Assembly (NCBI GenBank): GCA_046734045.1
Contig: JBKPQL010000053.1
Coordinates: 2,903 to 66,902 of the forward strand
DNA from: Verrucomicrobiota bacterium
Lineage (GTDB): Bacteria; Verrucomicrobiota; Verrucomicrobiia; Chthoniobacterales; UBA10450
DNA length: 64,000 bases
Reading direction: 5' to 3'
The translations under genes and the position numbers were made by a program. How positions within the stretch are numbered: position 1 is the stretch's first letter; every line of letters begins with the position of its first letter. Below the pieces are notes generated by a model. It saw only the letters and a program-made list of their open reading frames with translations. It was not told where the DNA came from and did no database searches. Shown piece by piece: positions 46,266 through 53,786 of the stretch.

Positions 46266-46838
46266 CCGCGGAACTGTTCTTCTCGATTTCAATACAGAAG
46301 CTTTGTGATTTGGCTCGAATCCAACAGTGATCTCGAGCGCGCCGCGACCGGAATAATCCCCTTCAACTTCACTGTAGATGACTAACGCGCCGGACTTCAA
46401 CCATCGCACGGGCTCATGCAAGGCAGTTATTGTTTTGTCGTAAGCATTGGGCGGCACCCTCTTTGGTGCCTTCGGTTCTGGCAATGTAGGCAACTCGATC
46501 TCTTGAAACGAAGTGCCGTTGCGGAAGAAAACGCGCGTCAAACCTCCACGTCGACTCGGTTCGAAGAAAGCTACTCGTTGCGAGTCTGCCGACCAGACGA
46601 GCTTTGCGTCTCGTTCGTTGGGGTGACCGAGAGCTCCCAGCCCGAATACGGGTTGGTTTGTGCTCAGATCGACGATTTCGACTTTCGAATCTCCGGAATT
46701 ATCCTGTTGGCCGATGCGCAATGCGAGCTTTCCATCCGGAGACTTGTCTTTGATTGTCTCCTTGTCTGCAGCAAGAGTTGAAAAATCGTAGCTGATCGCG
46801 CACGCGAGTATTGCGACGAAGGCGAAAAACGATCTCAT
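46248..46838 (-). CDS. island paralogue, type A (SPDG/WSxDS family)
   Basis: Leader MRSFFAFVAILACAISYDFSTLAADKE. Motifs KSPDGKLALRI, LVWSADSQRVAFF, VFFRNGTSFQEIELP. Confidence 0.85.
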   Translation of the reverse strand: MRSFFAFVAILACAISYDFSTLAADKETIKDKSPDGKLALRIGQQDNSGDSKVEIVDLSTNQPVFGLGALGHPNERDAKLVWSADSQRVAFFEPSRRGGLTRVFFRNGTSFQEIELPTLPEPKAPKRVPPNAYDKTITALHEPVRWLKSGALVIYSEVEGDYSGRGALEITVGFEPNHKASVLKSRRTVPRPITIE

Positions 46839-47467
46839 AGTTTCTCGGCTTCTTTCAACGAGAGCCGTTGCGTCTTGATAATTTTCCAGTTACCTGCCTC
46901 ATCGAACTTTAGAGTGAGGAGGAAATGAGCGCCGAAGGCCTCATCCACTTCTAAACCACCATAGAGAATGGCGGTGCTAGAATCGACCCATTGATGCACT
47001 TTCACCGTCTCCCAAATCAACCGTAGATGCGTTTTCTTGGGTAACCCCCTTTTTACGGTCTTGTTTAAGATCTCGTGCACGTCGTCATTGGGTAACTTCA
47101 GCGCTTTCCACTGATCGTCGCGAACTTGGTAGAGAGAAGTCTGACGCGTCCGTCCTTGTCCCCAATTGAATGCAAACCGTTTTGAATCGGGGGCCCAAAT
47201 TACACTCGCGTAATCACCACATGAGCTTGTGTCACAGACATCTGATAAATCCAGCGCGGTTTCGTCCGTGTCGGCGTTTACCAGCTTTGGTCCTTCCTCG
47301 GTCGGCGCCTTATATTCCCATTTCCTATCTGGAGAAAGCGAACTCGGGGTCGGCGATGCTGCTGGTGCTGGTATCTCCGAGAACGCGGATCCAAAGCTGG
47401 AGAGCCAAAGCAAAATTAAAACATTAGCGATCACGGCAAATTTTGGTCTTATCGATTTTAGATTCAT
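46835..47467 (-). CDS. island paralogue, divergent type A
   Basis: Signal peptide; motifs SPDRKWEY, VIWAPDSKRFAF, LYQVRDDQWKALKLP. There is a 4-nt overlap with the downstream gene. Confidence 0.8.
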   Translation of the reverse strand: MNLKSIRPKFAVIANVLILLWLSSFGSAFSEIPAPAASPTPSSLSPDRKWEYKAPTEEGPKLVNADTDETALDLSDVCDTSSCGDYASVIWAPDSKRFAFNWGQGRTRQTSLYQVRDDQWKALKLPNDDVHEILNKTVKRGLPKKTHLRLIWETVKVHQWVDSSTAILYGGLEVDEAFGAHFLLTLKFDEAGNWKIIKTQRLSLKEAEKL

Positions 47468-47596
47468 CGGCTGTAAGACGATCTCATCGTTCTTCTTCGA
47501 TTTCTTTGTCTGTCATCCGATGCGTTTTGACGATCTTCCAGTTGCCGGCGTCGTCGAATTTTAGATTCGCAGAAAATCCGCCGCCGACATAGATCC
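47468..47596 (-). pseudogene. 3' fragment of a paralogue of 46835-47467
   Basis: The minus strand translates to ...IYVGGGFSANLKFDDAGNWKIVKTHRMTDKEIEEER*. The intact gene reads ...ILYGGLEVDEAFGAHFLLTLKFDEAGNWKIIKTQRLSLKEAEKL*. There is no start codon and no N-terminal part. Confidence 0.7.
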
Positions 47597-47598
47597 TT

Positions 47599-48225
47599 TT
47601 ATTCGACTTTGATTTTCGTTTTCCCAACCTTCTTCACCGAGGCGTGGTGCTGCGCGTCAAAGGAAATCGTAAACTGCAGCACGCCGGTATAGCTTTTGCC
47701 ATTATCTCGCAAGAGCACCATGTCCTCGCTGGACAACTCCAGTTCTCCTGACTTCAACCACTTCAGGGGCGTCACCCCGCCTCCATAGGGTTCCACGTCC
47801 TCGCCCTTTCCCTTGGGAAACTTGATCTTCGGCGCCGGCAAATTTTCCGGCAAAAACACTTTCTCGAAACCCGAGCCGTTCCAAAAACAGACAAGCGTCC
47901 CGCGTGAGACGACCTTGACTCCTGGAGGACTGTCACGAAAACCATACGCCACCGACTTTGAGTCCGCCGACCACACCAGCACCGACTCGGATGCATCGAA
48001 GAGCTCGGTATCGGAGGCGCTGTGCAGAGTGACCATGACTTTGCCCGAGTTCCTCTCGATCAACTCTACCGTCGGATGGTACTCATCGTCTTTCGGTTGA
48101 GTTATCCGCAGCGCGAAGCGCCCATTGGGTGATGGATATTTGATCTCCTCTGCCGCTAGCGATGCGCAGAGATTTGTGACACAGCAAGCAACGGCTACGA
48201 ATAGGAACGTTTTGGTGGTTGTCAT
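47599..48225 (-). CDS. island paralogue, type A
   Basis: Leader MTTTKTFLFVAVACCVTNLCASLAAEE. Motifs PSPNGRFALRI, LVWSADSKSVAY, VCFWNGSGFEKVFLP. Confidence 0.85.
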   Translation of the reverse strand: MTTTKTFLFVAVACCVTNLCASLAAEEIKYPSPNGRFALRITQPKDDEYHPTVELIERNSGKVMVTLHSASDTELFDASESVLVWSADSKSVAYGFRDSPPGVKVVSRGTLVCFWNGSGFEKVFLPENLPAPKIKFPKGKGEDVEPYGGGVTPLKWLKSGELELSSEDMVLLRDNGKSYTGVLQFTISFDAQHHASVKKVGKTKIKVE

Positions 48226-48632
48226 TCTTTGAGATGCACTTTTAGCCGTTTGATTCGTTGTTGAGTGAGCTCGGTCATGGTTTCGTAGCGGATTGTGGGA
48301 GCCACTGACCCGCCGCGCACCTGATCACCAGCAAACGCTGCCTCGGCATCGCGAAAGGCAAGCCACCTTCGCTGGCTTTGCTTGAGCTTTCCCTTGCCCT
48401 CAGTATCCGGAAGCTCTCTCAAAAGCGCTTCATAAGTCTTGTTAGGTTCCACATCAGCTTGCTCAAACTCCGCGCGCACCAGAGCATTCGTGGCTGCCTG
48501 CGTCTGCGTGTGAACCTGAACGGGAATAAGCAGCCAAGCCAGCAGAGCTGCGCACTGCGGAAGTAACCAATCAGCTGACGAAGAATTGAAGTGCCACGTA
48601 GCTGTTTGAGGTTTCTCGTCAGTCATAGCCAT
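48222..48632 (-). CDS. DUF1311 / LprI-like protein
   Basis: The segment PNKTYEALLRELP...LKQSQRRWLAFRDAEAAF...GGSVAPTIRYETMTELTQQRIKRLK matches the family. The start was chosen at the ATG 48632 (or 48626). The longer ORF form overlaps the upstream gene. Confidence 0.8.
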   Translation of the reverse strand: MAMTDEKPQTATWHFNSSSADWLLPQCAALLAWLLIPVQVHTQTQAATNALVRAEFEQADVEPNKTYEALLRELPDTEGKGKLKQSQRRWLAFRDAEAAFAGDQVRGGSVAPTIRYETMTELTQQRIKRLKVHLKE

Positions 48633-49317
48633 GTGGTAATCCTGATGTAACTCTCTTCTTTGAAATGGTTCGGAACTCGTTAGTCGTCTTATCGAATTTG
48701 GCAGTGAAGCGAATCGGCCTCTCATCACCACTGCCATGCGAAAAGGTCGCGGATTGTTCCAGGACTAAGACTCCCGGCTTCGTCCATTCGACCGGCCTGA
48801 CATACTCGTGGTTAACGTGGCCTTTGATCTCAACACTGAGCTCTTGCGGTTCATTTAGCAGGATAAACTGGTTGCCTTTTTGTCGGTAAACCGTCGTGTA
48901 GCCAATGCGCGGCGCGGCCGCATAGAAGGCGCACCATTTCGAGTCGGGCGACCAGACCAGCAGGATGTAATCGTATTCACCGCCAAGCTTCTGATCCCTT
49001 GAAAAATTGGCGACGACCGATTTCTCAGGCAACGAGACAAGCTCGATCGCCTTGAGAGTTTGCGAGAAAATTTTCGCCGGGTCAGCGTTTTCCGCCTTAA
49101 TGACCTGGTTGTTGAGCTCGGCGTCGTAAGAAATTCGCATTGCAAATTTCTTGTCCGGTGAAACGTCACGAATCTTTTCCGCAAGCGCCGGCTCCTGCGC
49201 TTTCCCGGAGCTTTCACTCGCACCGGCCTGCGGCTTGTCCTGGGCGAAGGTGCTGCTGGTTCCCGCGAGGTAGACCGACGTCAGCACCATTAGAGATCTC
49301 GTAGCGGCTAGGAGCAT
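48619..49317 (-). CDS. island paralogue, type A variant
   Basis: Signal peptide; motifs VSPDKKFAMRI, LVWSPDSKWCAFY, VYRQKGNQFILLNEP and tail RFTAKFDKTTNEFRTISKKRV. Confidence 0.85.
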   Translation of the reverse strand: MLLAATRSLMVLTSVYLAGTSSTFAQDKPQAGASESSGKAQEPALAEKIRDVSPDKKFAMRISYDAELNNQVIKAENADPAKIFSQTLKAIELVSLPEKSVVANFSRDQKLGGEYDYILLVWSPDSKWCAFYAAAPRIGYTTVYRQKGNQFILLNEPQELSVEIKGHVNHEYVRPVEWTKPGVLVLEQSATFSHGSGDERPIRFTAKFDKTTNEFRTISKKRVTSGLPHGYD

Positions 49318-49372
49318 AAGGCCCGATTCAGTTGTTGGATCATGTAGTGTAAATTCGTGAAATTCGTGTCTG
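49318..49372 (-). promoter_or_regulatory. conserved about 55-nt upstream/leader motif (AGACACGAATTTCACGAATTTACAC...GATCCAACAAC), copy 3
   Basis: Three copies lie immediately upstream of start codons at 41806, 45162 and 49317. Copies 1 and 3 match at about 40 of 54 positions by hand count. Confidence 0.55.
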
Positions 49373-49382
49373 CATCTGCCGG

Positions 49383-49490
49383 TTATTCTTCCAAGTGCAC
49401 CGAGTCGTCATGATAATGATCGATCTCTAAAAGTTGACCCTTGTTCCGCTCCTCATTGTTGGCCAGTCTCAGATAGTGCTGAAGCAGCAT
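49383..49490 (-). pseudogene. decayed 3' end of a second DcrB-like-domain gene (…KGQLLEIDHYHDDSVHLEE*)
   Basis: The minus strand translates to MLLQHYLRLANNEERNKGQLLEIDHYHDDSVHLEE*. The C-terminus of 50225-53779 reads ...YKGQLLEVTFTSNLNTSPELKAEIDRIMDSAHLEE*. Confidence 0.6.
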
Positions 49491-49517
49491 CGCAACTGCG
49501 AAAGGAAACGATATGCA

Positions 49518-50228
49518 TTAAGGTTCGGGGTTAATGTCGATCTTGCCGGGCCGAAAGCTGACCTTATCGAACTTTGCCGTGTCAAGGTTCCAAATGGCGT
49601 GCAGCTCGGCCGTCCAATGCGGACCGGCAGCAAGATTAGGTTTATTGTCGGCCGACAGATCTAGAATCAGCTGTCGCCCTTTGAATTGGAAATCCCCTCT
49701 CCCGCGTTGTTCGCCGTGCTCGGAAACGATCACAAAGCTGTCATACTCCTTCGGGTATTTTTTTAGGAAACGCCCCTTGAAATCGCGTTGGAAAATTTTT
49801 AGCGCCTCGCGCCAGACCGGTTGGACTCGCTTCACCGTGTCGTTTTCAATTTCGTAAACGCTTAAATCGACAATTCCCCACTTTCGATATTCCCAGACCG
49901 CGACTTCCGAATTGCCGTTCCACTGCGCATTCAACTCGGTCGTTACGTTTCGTGGCAAGCCGTCCTTCTCAACAGTTGCCAGCACGGAATATGGTTTCAA
50001 TCGCACCAAAAGATTTGGCGGATACTTGTCGTTTTTATCTTCCGTGCCTTGTAGCGGGTAGAGAATCGCAAAACGCCTATCAGGCGAAATGGTATCTTCG
50101 CCAATTTCGTAGCCTTTTGGAACTTCAGCGGTCGGCTGAACGCCAGTATCACCCGCCGACGGCTCCTGCGCCGGGATTGCAGAATTGCATACCCAAAACA
50201 GCGCTAGGAAAGCAATACGCCCTTTCAT
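49518..50228 (-). CDS. island paralogue, A/B hybrid
   Basis: Signal peptide MKGRIAFLALFWVCNSAIPA. Motifs ISPDRRFAILY, EVAVWEY, LILDLSADN...WNLDTAKFDKVSF. The start overlaps the upstream stop (ATGA). Confidence 0.8.
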   Translation of the reverse strand: MKGRIAFLALFWVCNSAIPAQEPSAGDTGVQPTAEVPKGYEIGEDTISPDRRFAILYPLQGTEDKNDKYPPNLLVRLKPYSVLATVEKDGLPRNVTTELNAQWNGNSEVAVWEYRKWGIVDLSVYEIENDTVKRVQPVWREALKIFQRDFKGRFLKKYPKEYDSFVIVSEHGEQRGRGDFQFKGRQLILDLSADNKPNLAAGPHWTAELHAIWNLDTAKFDKVSFRPGKIDINPEP

Positions 50229-53200
50229 TCTTCGAGGTGCGCCGAGTCCATGATGCGATCGATCTCTGCCTTTAACTCGGGAGAAGTGTTAAGGTTCGAG
50301 GTAAAGGTGACCTCTAACAACTGGCCTTTGTAAGATGTGGTTAGGAAGCGCGTGTAAACTGGATTGTGAGAATAATCCTTCTTTCCCTTTAGCACCGGGA
50401 CGTAACGCCAGTCTGCCCATTTACGGCCATCAATGGTCACGATCTCTTTCTTCAGCCATTGCAGGTGGGAATCTTTGGATAGCCACTTGAAACCTTTGCT
50501 GTATTCATCGACACGCCTTTTGAGATAGCCGGGTAGGTCCTCCGGCGTGAGTCCGTGAGTGCCACGTAAAACTTCTCCCCACGCTCCATCTGCTGGGCCA
50601 GAGAACTTAGCGATCGTTTTTGGATGTGCGGGATCATCAGGCTCACGCGAAAAATCCGGTGAGATATCGATCTTGAGTTTGCCATCGAGCAGGCTCACCC
50701 TATTCGCGGCCGCAGCGCTCTTAAAGTCTGCGTCGGCCCCGGCCTTGTCGCCCTTGGCCTTCCTGGCGATGCCGCGATTATAATAGGCGAAGGCGTAATC
50801 GGGTTTTAGTTCGATCGCGCGGGTGAGATCAGCAATCGCGCCATCCGCATCCTTGTTTCTTCCTTTCAAGGTGCCGCGTTCGAAGTAAGCCTCGGCGAAT
50901 TTCGGATCGAGTTCGATTGCTCGCGTACAGTCGGCGAGCGCACCAGCCGCGTCTTTCTTCAGCCGTTTGGCATGAGCGCGATTGGAGTACGCAATCGCAT
51001 CCTTGGGATCGAGCTCGATCGCATGGCTGAAATCGGCGATGGCTCCATCCAAGTCCCCTTTCTTCGCTTTTTCGATACCGCGATTAACAAGGTCGATTTT
51101 CTCGGCGCTCTTAAAGTCCGCCTCCGCCTCGGCTTTATCACCCTTGGCTTGCCTGGCTTCGGCGCGATTTTTGTAAGCGATGGCTAGATTAGAGTCTAAT
51201 TCAATTGCGCTGGTGAAATCTGCGATCGCGCCGTCAAGCTCGCCCTTCGCTTTCTTGACATTGCCACGGTTGTTGTATGCCTTGGCCTCCTTTGGATCCA
51301 ACTCAATGGCGTGGTTGTAATCGGCAAGGGCCCCATCAGGGTCGTTGTTCCTGGCTTTCAGGATGCCGCGGTTGTTATAAGCGTTAACGTTTTTTGGGTC
51401 TAGTTCGATAACATGCGTGTAATCCGCAATGGCACCGGCCGTATCCTTCTTTAACAATTTGGTAGCGGCACGGTTGTAATAAGCGGCTGAATTCTTAGGA
51501 TCGAGCTCGATCGCGCGATTAAGATCAGTCAAAGCTCCATCCAAGTCGCCTTGCTGACCTTTTTCGATCCCGCGCTCGACTAGGTCGACATCTGATTCGT
51601 TCTTCGAATCCGCAGCAGACTCTTCGCTTGCGAGTTTCGGATCCAGTTCTTTCGCGCGCTTGAAGTCTGCGGCAGCCCCCTTGGCATCTCCCTTGGCCTT
51701 CTTGGTGACAGCGCGATTGTAGTAGGCGCGCGCATAGTCAGGTTTGAGTTCGATTGCGCGTGTGTAATCAGCAATTGCTCCATCCGGGTCGTTGTTCTCC
51801 GATCTGGCGTTGCCGCGGTTGTTGTAAGCAGCCGGATTCGTGGAGCCGAGCTCGATGGCGTGGGTATAGTCGGCAATAGCGCCGGCCGTGTCCTTCTTCA
51901 GCCGTTTGGCTTGGGCCCGGTTATAATAAGGGGCGTCATTCTTTGGATCGGCTTTGATCGCGCTGTCGAAATCGGCTATCGCTCCATCCAAGTCACCGTC
52001 CTTCGCTTTTTTGATTCCGCGATTAACAAGGTCTCCAGCAGGCTCTTCGTCCGCTGACGAGGCTGGCGGTGCTGATTTCGCTAAGTTCTTCTGATCGGTT
52101 GCACCGTCGCGCTGCTTCTTTTCGCTTGAGGCCTTGCCTGTATCCCAGGTGTAACTGACGCTCCCGTCGGCATCGCGAACGAGTTTCGCGCCGACGGCGG
52201 CGGCTCTTGCCGCGGGCCTTTCACCGATTGGAATCACCTCCACGTAAAACGAAACTGGTTCGCCTTCGGTTCGACCCAGCGCGCCCATCTTTTCCAATTG
52301 CTCCGAGGCGTGCGTTCCGCTCACCGTCTTTTTGAGAAATCCCAACTTCACCAGCGCGTCATGGGGAAATTCAACAACGCCGTAATGATTTGGGATAGCG
52401 GTGTCTTTGAGAAACGCGCGGTAGGTGTCCTCGCCAATTTGTTCCGATTGCAAAAGTTTGGGAGTCATCTCGACGCGAACGATCTTGCCTTTCCAATCGA
52501 ACTTGTGTTGCTCAATGTCATTGAAGCCATGAACCTTATCGTCAACGGGCGGCCCAAGCGGCGGCGGCGCGATTTTTTCTTTGGCCGGCGCATAATCGAA
52601 TGAGCAGTGGACCACTTGAGAAGCGCCTTGCGAAAACATCGGCATCTCGGCGTGCCCGATGTATTGAGCTTGTCCTTGGGAATCGAGCACCAGCCAATAT
52701 TGCGGTAACTGGTTCGGATCGGCTTTTGCCTCGGCAACCTTCAGCTGAATGTGCAACCACGTCTGGCCGTCGCGTTGTTCGGAGCCCACTTTTTCAAACG
52801 GCGGCCAAAGTCGGCCGGTCATGATCGGAGTGTGCGCCCAATTATAGAGCAACCGATCGTCCGGGCTGCCGGCGTGCCACGTCTCTCCGTCGGAACAAAC
52901 CCAAGCCTTGTCTTTAATCACGATGCCGCGCATTGGCGTGTTTGGTTTCACGCGTTCATTCGTTAGATCAAAATCTTCGCCGGAGAGAAGTCCATGCAGC
53001 TTGATTGTATTCTTGAAAGTGACGGTGCCGTTCACCGACCACACACCGGTGCTCATCTTTTTCATTGCGGCCATGAGAAGCGCTTCCGGTCCAGGCGGCG
53101 GCGCCTGCGCGTGCGGATTGCCGGGCGGCGGAAGGATCGGATGCTCATCCATGTTCGGTGTGTAGTCCACTTGGTCGGTCACATAGTTATTCTCAAAACC

Positions 53201-53779
53201 CATCGGCCCGAGAAAGCGATGAATCACCGGCGACTGTCGATCTTGCAGCGCGATCCAATAATTGGCCCGGTCGCCTTCGTACGTGATTTTGTCCGGCGCG
53301 ATGAACCGAATGTGCAATAACGATTCGTTTCCCAATTTCTCTGTGCCGACCTCCGCAAACGGCGGAATCTTTTCGTTCGTCGAATATTTGATCGGCGTGT
53401 GCATGAGATAATAGAAGCGCCGATCAATCTCGTTGTTCTCTTTCCAACTCTTGCCGCCGTCATCGCTCGACCAGCTTTTGTCGCCCAGCGCGATCTGGCG
53501 CGTGGTCCTATCGACGGTTTCGATCGTGAGATCGAAATCTTTTCCGAAAATAATTCCAGAAATCTTCATATCCTTGTCCGCGTTCACGTGCGCTTGAACG
53601 CTCCAAGCCTTTGCATCGGCAATTTTTTTGGCCGCAGCCAAGATCGCTTCCGGTTTTTCCTGGCCGGATGCAGCCGACTTCTTTTGTGCTTTGGCGAAAC
53701 CAACTGACGCGCTCGCCAACAGAATGGATGCAGGAATCATCCACATCCAAGTTGAGCTGACACCGACGATCTTTTCCAT
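50225..53779 (-). CDS. 1184-aa exported multidomain protein: two tandem about 170-aa N-terminal modules, a middle domain, about 13 TPRs in three super-repeats and a DcrB/PsbP-like C-terminal domain
   Basis: The start was chosen at the ATG 53779 (MEKIVGVSSTWMWMIPASILLASASVGFA). TPRs such as AIADYTHAIELDPKN..AYNNRG are present. The ORF extension to 54148 overlaps the upstream gene and was rejected. Confidence 0.85.
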   Translation of the reverse strand: MEKIVGVSSTWMWMIPASILLASASVGFAKAQKKSAASGQEKPEAILAAAKKIADAKAWSVQAHVNADKDMKISGIIFGKDFDLTIETVDRTTRQIALGDKSWSSDDGGKSWKENNEIDRRFYYLMHTPIKYSTNEKIPPFAEVGTEKLGNESLLHIRFIAPDKITYEGDRANYWIALQDRQSPVIHRFLGPMGFENNYVTDQVDYTPNMDEHPILPPPGNPHAQAPPPGPEALLMAAMKKMSTGVWSVNGTVTFKNTIKLHGLLSGEDFDLTNERVKPNTPMRGIVIKDKAWVCSDGETWHAGSPDDRLLYNWAHTPIMTGRLWPPFEKVGSEQRDGQTWLHIQLKVAEAKADPNQLPQYWLVLDSQGQAQYIGHAEMPMFSQGASQVVHCSFDYAPAKEKIAPPPLGPPVDDKVHGFNDIEQHKFDWKGKIVRVEMTPKLLQSEQIGEDTYRAFLKDTAIPNHYGVVEFPHDALVKLGFLKKTVSGTHASEQLEKMGALGRTEGEPVSFYVEVIPIGERPAARAAAVGAKLVRDADGSVSYTWDTGKASSEKKQRDGATDQKNLAKSAPPASSADEEPAGDLVNRGIKKAKDGDLDGAIADFDSAIKADPKNDAPYYNRAQAKRLKKDTAGAIADYTHAIELGSTNPAAYNNRGNARSENNDPDGAIADYTRAIELKPDYARAYYNRAVTKKAKGDAKGAAADFKRAKELDPKLASEESAADSKNESDVDLVERGIEKGQQGDLDGALTDLNRAIELDPKNSAAYYNRAATKLLKKDTAGAIADYTHVIELDPKNVNAYNNRGILKARNNDPDGALADYNHAIELDPKEAKAYNNRGNVKKAKGELDGAIADFTSAIELDSNLAIAYKNRAEARQAKGDKAEAEADFKSAEKIDLVNRGIEKAKKGDLDGAIADFSHAIELDPKDAIAYSNRAHAKRLKKDAAGALADCTRAIELDPKFAEAYFERGTLKGRNKDADGAIADLTRAIELKPDYAFAYYNRGIARKAKGDKAGADADFKSAAAANRVSLLDGKLKIDISPDFSREPDDPAHPKTIAKFSGPADGAWGEVLRGTHGLTPEDLPGYLKRRVDEYSKGFKWLSKDSHLQWLKKEIVTIDGRKWADWRYVPVLKGKKDYSHNPVYTRFLTTSYKGQLLEVTFTSNLNTSPELKAEIDRIMDSAHLEE
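50702..52033 (-). repeat. three coding super-repeats (131-164 aa each, every one starting DLV(N/E)RGI(K/E)K) of TPR units
   Basis: Blocks lie at about 51587-52033, 51095-51586 and 50702-51094. They share long stretches such as KKDTAGAIADYTH(A/V)IEL and NNDPDGA(I/L)ADY. Confidence 0.8.
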
Positions 53780-53786
53780 ACTCTTT

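Noticed and set aside
50702-52033. A tandem repeat region that might be mistaken for a CRISPR-like or satellite array.
   Set aside because: The repeats are about 102-nt TPR coding units in one long open frame, with protein-level conservation. There is no spacer/repeat architecture.
50225-53779. Reading the TPR protein plus downstream small genes as a polymorphic toxin with immunity and orphan cassettes.
   Set aside because: I recognise no toxin, Rhs/YD, PAAR, CdiA or LXG-type domain. The orphaned pieces are the conserved extreme C-terminus, not variable tips. The array analogy is kept only as a remark, not as a call.
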